Shown here: positions 28,235 to 32,000 of the stretch, piece by piece
How the letters are laid out: each line of letters begins with the position of its first letter
Position numbering within the stretch: position 1 is the stretch's first letter
DNA from: Fastidiosibacter lacustris
GTDB lineage: Bacteria; Pseudomonadota; Gammaproteobacteria; Francisellales; Francisellaceae
Reading direction: 5' to 3'
DNA length: 32,000 nt
NCBI RefSeq assembly: GCF_003428155.1
Contig: NZ_QLIR01000017.1
Coordinates: forward strand, 1 to 32,000
Notes under the pieces: model-generated
Database searches by the model: none
The model's input: the letters and a program-made list of their open reading frames with translations, nothing else
Told to the model about the DNA's origin: nothing
Made by a program: the position numbers and the translations under genes

Positions 28235-29425
28235 CTAACATGCTTCAATAATACCAGCTGCCCCCATACCAGTACCAATACACATTGTAATCATGCCATA
28301 TTTTTTACCAGTGCGCCTTAAGCCATGTAATGCTTTCACCGTCAAAACAGCACCAGTTGCACCCAATGGGTGACCTAATGCAATTGCCCCACCACAAGGA
28401 TTCACTTTAGCCTCATCAAGTTTTAACTCATTCATAACTGCTAATGACTGCGCTGCAAAGGCTTCATTTAACTCAATCCAGTCAATATTTTCCAATGTAA
28501 GATTGGTTTGTTCTAGCACCTTTGGAATCGCTTTGATTGGTCCAATGCCCATAATACGTGCTGGGACACCAGCCACAGCAAAACCTAAAAACTTTCCTAG
28601 TGGCTTCAAGTTATGTTTTTTAAGATATGATTCACTGACAAGCACTACAGCAGCAGCACCATCTGAAACTTGTGAGCTATTACCTGCTGTAACAGAACCG
28701 CCTTCTGCAAATACAGGTTTTAGCTTTGCAAGTGCTTCAAGGGAGGTATCAGCACGCGCACCTTCATCTTGTTGAATAACTTTCTTGTGATCGATGATTT
28801 TATCTTTTGCTTCATCTGGCTTTCTATGATGCACTTCAACAGGAACAATTTCATCTTTTAAATAACCATTTTCAATTGCACTCAATGCTTTTTGATGACT
28901 TTTTAATGCAAACTCATCTTGTTGTTCACGAGAGATATTCCAATCTTTTGCAACATTTTCTGCGGTAATCCCCATTCCATAAGCAATAGCTACATTCTCA
29001 TCTTTTGTGAATATTTCACTACTAAACGAAATATTATGTCCACCAAATGGAATCATGCTCATTGATTCAATCCCACCTGCAATAGCAACCTCCATATTGC
29101 CCCTGGCAATTTCATTAGCAGCAATCGCAATCGATTGAAGCCCTGAGCTACAATAACGGTTAATCGTAAAAGCAGGCACTGAATCTGGCAATCCTGCTAA
29201 AAGCGTTGAAATACGTGCCACATTCATCCCTTGCTCACCTTCTGGCATCGCACATCCTATGACAACATCACCAATATCTTCAGGATTAATTCCTGACTCT
29301 TTTACCGTTACGCTTAATATATCTGCTAATAAATCATCTGGTCGCTTCTTAGCAAAACCGCCACGCTTACCTTTTGTGACAGCCGACCTTTTAGCAGCAA
29401 CAATATATACATTTTGTTCACTCAT
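28235..29425 (-). CDS. fadA: Acetyl-CoA C-acyltransferase (thiolase, FadA-like)
   Basis: VPAFTINRYCSSGLQSIAIAANEIARG (active-site Cys), NEAFAAQSLAV, CGGAIALGHPLGATGA, MCIGTGMGAAGI. Confidence 0.93.
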   Translation of the reverse strand: MSEQNVYIVAAKRSAVTKGKRGGFAKKRPDDLLADILSVTVKESGINPEDIGDVVIGCAMPEGEQGMNVARISTLLAGLPDSVPAFTINRYCSSGLQSIAIAANEIARGNMEVAIAGGIESMSMIPFGGHNISFSSEIFTKDENVAIAYGMGITAENVAKDWNISREQQDEFALKSHQKALSAIENGYLKDEIVPVEVHHRKPDEAKDKIIDHKKVIQQDEGARADTSLEALAKLKPVFAEGGSVTAGNSSQVSDGAAAVVLVSESYLKKHNLKPLGKFLGFAVAGVPARIMGIGPIKAIPKVLEQTNLTLENIDWIELNEAFAAQSLAVMNELKLDEAKVNPCGGAIALGHPLGATGAVLTVKALHGLRRTGKKYGMITMCIGTGMGAAGIIEAC

Positions 29426-29454
29426 CAGAACACACTCCCAATTTTAATTTTCTT

Positions 29455-29522
29455 TAACTGGAGTGACTTATGCTTTTGCAATTTTTTATCGTTAAAAGTA
29501 ACAACGTGAGTCACTCCAGTTA
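29455..29522. repeat. Perfect 14-nt inverted repeat with 40-nt loop between fadN-like and fadA genes
   Basis: TAACTGGAGTGACT (29455-29468) and AGTCACTCCAGTTA (29509-29522) are exact reverse complements. Confidence 0.8.
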
Positions 29523-29558
29523 TTTACATCAACTTGATTAATTTTAATCCAGTCAAAC

Positions 29559-31979
29559 CTAATTTCTCAATGGCTTCCCAGTTTCTAACATATACTGCAT
29601 CCTCGCAGCACTCTTCTCAGACAAAGCAAGTTCAACAAAGTTTTCAAGCTCGCGTTTCAGTAACCAATCCTCAGACACTAATGTATCTTTTTCAATTTCA
29701 CCACCACACATCGCATCAGCAAGATTTGTTGCAATCTTATAGTCATGTGCTGAGATCTGATTACCATCACGCATATTCACTAAAAGACCTTTCACTGTTG
29801 CAATCCCCGCTTCACCAAAGACTTTGACAGGCAGTTTCAATGGTGGTTGATATCCACAATAGGCAAGGTATTTAGCTTTTTCAATTGCAACACTTAAAAT
29901 TTCTTTGCTATTCATTACAACTGTATCGCTTTCACACAAAAAGCCCATTTCAATTGCTTCATAAGCACTTGTTGCTACTTGCGCCATTGCTAAATTCTTA
30001 TAACGTTTTTCAAATTCTTTCCAAGGATCTTGAGCAACTGATGCACGTTTTGCCATCTCTTTTGAACCACCCCAGCCAGGAATAATGCCAACACCTGCTT
30101 CCACTAAACCAATATAGCTTTCATGAGCAGCCACAACTGCATCGCAGTGTAAAAGAATCTCGCACCCACCACCAAAGGCAAAGCCTTTTACCGCTGCTAC
30201 CACTGGGATTTTACTATAACGCAACTCTTGAGTGATGATTTGATGCCCCTTTTGAATAACCTCATACACAGCATCTTTACCATTCATCATGAACTTAAAG
30301 CCAAATTCCTCAAGGTTTGCACCTGCTGAAAAAATATCTTGTTCTTGCCAAATGACCATTGCTTTTAATTTTTGCTCGACAATCTTGATGGCTTGTGAAA
30401 TGCCATCTAATACATCCGAACCAATTGCACACATTTTACTTTTAAAGCTTAAAATGCCCACCTCACCATCAATTGTCCATAAACGTACGCCTTCATTCTC
30501 ATAAAGTGTCTCTGCTAGAATATCGCTATGCTCGTTAAACACATAATCTTGAATCAATTGTCGATCATATACCGGTAGTTGCTTGCGTGTTATCAAAGCA
30601 TTATTTGCAAAGCTAAAGGATTGATTGTCACCATAAACCCCCTCTTTTAACTCGTGCACCCAATCTGGTAATGCTCGCGCTGACAAAGTCTTACCTAACC
30701 TAATATCTTCCTCTATCCAATGGATGACTTTGTGCCAACCTGCTTGCTGCCAAATTTCAAAAATTCCCTCTTTCCAACCAAAGCCCCAACGAATCGCCAA
30801 GTCCATATCTTTAGGATAATTTGAAATTTCACCTACAAGACAAGCTGCGTAATGAAAGTTATCTCTAAAACATGACCATAAAAATTGTGCTTGTGGGTGA
30901 TTTAGATTTTTTAATTTCTCAAGTTTTACTGACCAGTTTTTTTCAGCCAAAATTTCTATTACTTCTTTATCTGGCTTTTGATCAGATAAACGATAGGTTT
31001 TGGTTTCTAAATCCAATACTTTTAAGCCATCTTTTTCTTTAACATAGAACCCTTTTTTAGTTTTCTGACCAAAAGCACCTTGCGCCAGTAGCAAATGAAT
31101 CCAGTCTGGCAGTTTATATACCTTCTCCCAACCATCTTTAAGATTGTTTGCCATTGTATCGACCACGTGACCAAAGGTATCAAGCCCAACAACATCTGCT
31201 GTTCGATAAGTTGCACTTTTAGCACGCCCTAGCTTTTTACCCGTTAAACCATCAACAACTTCCAATGGAATATTAAATTTTTCCGTGTAATAGCAAGTTG
31301 CCAACATAGAAAAGACGCCTAAACGGTTTGCAATAAAATTTGGAGTGTCTTTGGCACGAATAATGCTCTTACCTAATTTTTGCACCAAAAAGGTTTCGAG
31401 CTCATCTAATACTTCTGGCTTGGTTGTATGATGAGGAATAAGTTCAACCAATGGCATATAGCGTGGCGGATTAAAAAAGTGTACCCCACAAAAACGTGCA
31501 TGCAGTTGTTCTGGCAAGCTTTTAGTTAATGCCTTAATACTTAATCCTGAAGTATTAGACGCAAGAATCGCTTTACTTGAGACATATGGTGCTATTTTGT
31601 GATATAAATCCTGCTTCCAATCCATCCTCTCAGCAATTGCCTCGATAATTAATCCACAATCTTTCAATTTCTCTAAGTCGTCATCGTAATTCGCCGCGGT
31701 GATATAGTGTATCGCTTTAGATGAACTAAATGGTTTAGGATTGAGTTTCTTGAGTTTCTCAAGTGATGCTTCAACTAAAGCATTGGCTGAGCCTTGCTTT
31801 GCTTTTAAGTCAAATAAAACAACTGGAATCCTAGCATTACCAAAGTGTGCTGCAATTTGAGCCCCCATGACACCTGCTCCTAAAACCGCAACCTTCTGAA
31901 TACAACGCTGAGCTTGCATCTCACTTAATAAGGGTTGATTTTGAGTATGACTATTTTCTTGTTTAGCTGATACCGACAT
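29559..31979 (-). CDS. fadN: Fused 3-hydroxyacyl-CoA dehydrogenase / enoyl-CoA hydratase (FadN-type domain order)
   Basis: N-terminal VAVLGAGVMGAQIAAHFGNARIPVVLFD (NAD-binding), ASNTSGLSI, HFFNPPRYMPLVELI; C-terminal crotonase domain VKGFAFGGGCEILLHCDAVVAAHESYIGLVEAGVGIIPGWGG. Confidence 0.93.
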   Translation of the reverse strand: MSVSAKQENSHTQNQPLLSEMQAQRCIQKVAVLGAGVMGAQIAAHFGNARIPVVLFDLKAKQGSANALVEASLEKLKKLNPKPFSSSKAIHYITAANYDDDLEKLKDCGLIIEAIAERMDWKQDLYHKIAPYVSSKAILASNTSGLSIKALTKSLPEQLHARFCGVHFFNPPRYMPLVELIPHHTTKPEVLDELETFLVQKLGKSIIRAKDTPNFIANRLGVFSMLATCYYTEKFNIPLEVVDGLTGKKLGRAKSATYRTADVVGLDTFGHVVDTMANNLKDGWEKVYKLPDWIHLLLAQGAFGQKTKKGFYVKEKDGLKVLDLETKTYRLSDQKPDKEVIEILAEKNWSVKLEKLKNLNHPQAQFLWSCFRDNFHYAACLVGEISNYPKDMDLAIRWGFGWKEGIFEIWQQAGWHKVIHWIEEDIRLGKTLSARALPDWVHELKEGVYGDNQSFSFANNALITRKQLPVYDRQLIQDYVFNEHSDILAETLYENEGVRLWTIDGEVGILSFKSKMCAIGSDVLDGISQAIKIVEQKLKAMVIWQEQDIFSAGANLEEFGFKFMMNGKDAVYEVIQKGHQIITQELRYSKIPVVAAVKGFAFGGGCEILLHCDAVVAAHESYIGLVEAGVGIIPGWGGSKEMAKRASVAQDPWKEFEKRYKNLAMAQVATSAYEAIEMGFLCESDTVVMNSKEILSVAIEKAKYLAYCGYQPPLKLPVKVFGEAGIATVKGLLVNMRDGNQISAHDYKIATNLADAMCGGEIEKDTLVSEDWLLKRELENFVELALSEKSAARMQYMLETGKPLRN

Positions 31980-32000
31980 TTTTGGTGCAATTTCTACTTT

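Noticed and set aside
29534-29827. 97-aa plus-strand ORF antisense to the end of the fadN-like gene
   Set aside because: Lies largely antisense to a well-supported CDS and has Gln/Ser/His-rich low-complexity composition typical of antisense reading of a real gene.
30289-30504. 71-aa plus-strand ORF within the fadN-like gene
   Set aside because: Fully antisense to a conserved domain-bearing CDS; shadow ORF.
1-32000. CRISPR array, tRNA/rRNA genes, restriction-modification, toxin-antitoxin or phage modules
   Set aside because: No regularly spaced repeats, no tRNA-like cloverleaf noticed, and no defence, toxin or phage protein signatures among the ORFs by reading; a dedicated scan (tRNAscan-SE, CRISPRCasFinder, DefenseFinder) was not possible.

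Overview
AT-rich, gene-dense window that looks like a gammaproteobacterial chromosome. Most of it is recognisable housekeeping or transport content: a truncated IS5-like transposase tail at the left edge, potGHI polyamine ABC genes (no binding-protein gene in view), lipA, recN, lgt, thyA, serA, tilS, a secreted agmatine/peptidyl-arginine deiminase-like protein, a small-ORF plus MFS unit, a full heme acquisition operon (hugZ-like, exbB, exbD, TonB-dependent receptor, tonB, hmuT, hmuU, hmuV) with tandem Fur-like boxes upstream, and a fadN/fadA-type beta-oxidation pair. The part that stands out is the minus-strand islet at 4387-10605: a saccharopine-dehydrogenase-like oxidoreductase, a fold-type-I PLP enzyme, two consecutive ATP-grasp ligases and an MFS transporter. 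They are packed tightly, with three overlapping gene junctions, and lie between a HAD-IB phosphatase gene and lipA. This resembles the logic of bacilysin-like, NRPS-independent peptide or opine-like small-molecule pathways. The product is unknown, and the assignment is inferred from gene content, not from any database search. Several intergenic inverted repeats are also reported.
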